DNA of 63,826 nt, counting the filler, from Choristocarpus tenellus KU-1152 (taxonomy: Eukaryota; Protista; Phaeophyceae): the NCBI GenBank assembly GCA_964200185.2. It is 13 parts of 13 records of this genome, joined end to end, with 100 filler letters (N's around TTAATTAATTAA, not from the genome) between each part and the next. Parts side by side here need not be neighbours in the genome. Positions count along the whole stretch, not along the records: positions 61,139 to 63,826 come from CAXNAD020025639.1; 12 more parts are not named here. The stretch is one strand, 5' to 3'. The notes beneath the pieces are model-generated. The model saw only the letters and a program-made list of their open reading frames with translations. It was not told where the DNA came from and did not search any database. The position numbers and the translations under genes were made by a program. Positions 62,866 to 63,826 of the stretch are shown one piece after another. The first letter of the stretch is position 1; every line of letters begins with the position of its first letter.

Positions 62866-63742
62866 TATTGCATTGATTACTTTGAAACCTCTGCCCCCAC
62901 ACCTTCCGCCTTATCAGTTAGGCTAATGGCCAGTATAGCTTGTGGGTTGGAGCTTAGGATGTGGCACCTAGATGTAGAGCAGGCCTTTGTTCAATCTGAC
63001 CTGGATGTGGAGATCTCTCCTATATGATCGTAGGCCTTCACAGGTCCCTGCATGGTTCAAAGCAAGCCTCTAGGACTTGGAATACCAAGCTGGTTCCCAC
63101 CATTAAGTTAATGGTTTTGAGCAGTGTCTGATTGACCTATGTATATTTAGACTCAGGAGGGATGGTGTTGTCAAGATAATGCTTGCAGTTCTTGTGAATG
63201 ACATGATGGTTTTAGCGTCTAGTGATGATTGCAATGATCTTTGTGCCTCCCTGAATGGAGAGTTCCCACCAAAAACCTTGGCTTATTGTCTCAGTTTTCT
63301 GGTTGCACTTACAAAGAGATTGGAAGCGTGGTACCCTCTCCATTACCCAGACTAACTACATTGACAGTTTGTGCGAACGTTTTCTCACCCAATCAACAAG
63401 TCCCATCCCTGCTGCCCCTTCCAGAAAGCTGGGAGTTAGGGAGGGAGATACCATGCCAGAGGATCGCCCTTTTCGTGAGGCAGATGGGAGGTTGATATGG
63501 GTCAGTAACAAGGCCAGGCCAAACGTGACTAATGCAGTGATACCTATAGCCCATCACTCACGTGCTCCAAGTCGTGTCCACTGGAGAGCTGTGACCCAGA
63601 TCCTCAACGTGCCTCAAAGGAACGCAGGAGTTGGGCTTAGCCTACGAGAAAGGAGCAGGACTGAAAATAGTGGCCTATACCGATGCAGACTCCGCCAATG
63701 AGACTTTTGACAGACGTTCTGTGTCAGGGGGAGTAGTAGCTG

Positions 63743-63826
63743 GGTTCAAAGTATCTGGGGGGTGTGGCGGCTGTCCATTTGGGGTCAAGGTTTTCTTGTC
63801 GCGACATTTGGATGATCTGGTTCCAT
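63743..63826. mobile_element. MITE family A, cut by window end
   Basis: GGTTCAAAGTATCT-16 bp-GTCCATTTGGGGTC. Confidence 0.9.

Larger units (their letters stand above)
61139..63742 (+). mobile_element. Decayed Ty1/Copia pol (post-integrase region, RT, start of RNase H)
   Basis: RCLYLGPGINHP, GRKAIGSKWVFKWK, KARLVVQG, IDYFETSAPTP, HLDVEQAFVQ, KQASRTWN, ITQTNYIDSLCERF, PFRE..G.LIW, HWRAV, AYTDAD, RRSVSG. Interrupted by three MITEs. Confidence 0.95.

Overview
Eukaryotic, intron-rich, transposon-dense nuclear DNA, most likely from a stramenopile and probably a brown alga. This is inferred from the short exons with long introns, the TTAGGG-type repeats and the gene and TE types. The window is not one contiguous locus: twelve identical 100-bp linkers (N44-TTAATTAATTAA-N44) join 13 small contigs, so neighbourhood across linkers is uninformative. 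Recognisable gene fragments, reconstructed from GT-AG exons that keep frame, are a phage-type organellar RNA polymerase (RpoT/POLRMT, 5 exons), a KIF12-like kinesin (3 exons), ASPM (4 exons, minus strand), an RCC1-family gene (4 exons), the last exon of VAMP7, and an intact tRNA-Pro(CGG). Mobile DNA includes a decayed chromodomain-bearing Gypsy element with PPT and 3' LTR, a decayed Copia element, a solo-LTR family, and relics of a Sola2-like transposase, a Helitron/PIF1 helicase and virus-type ankyrin repeats. The most striking pattern is a set of more than 20 full or partial short non-autonomous DNA transposons (families A, B, C, E). Families A, B and C have different interiors and spacer sequences, yet keep a bipartite end: terminal 14-mer, spacer, then GTCCATTTGG. 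The spacer is about 16 bp at one end and about 26 bp at the other, one helical turn apart, resembling the 12/23 rule of RAG signals. Their target-site duplications are a mix of 3 and 4 bp.
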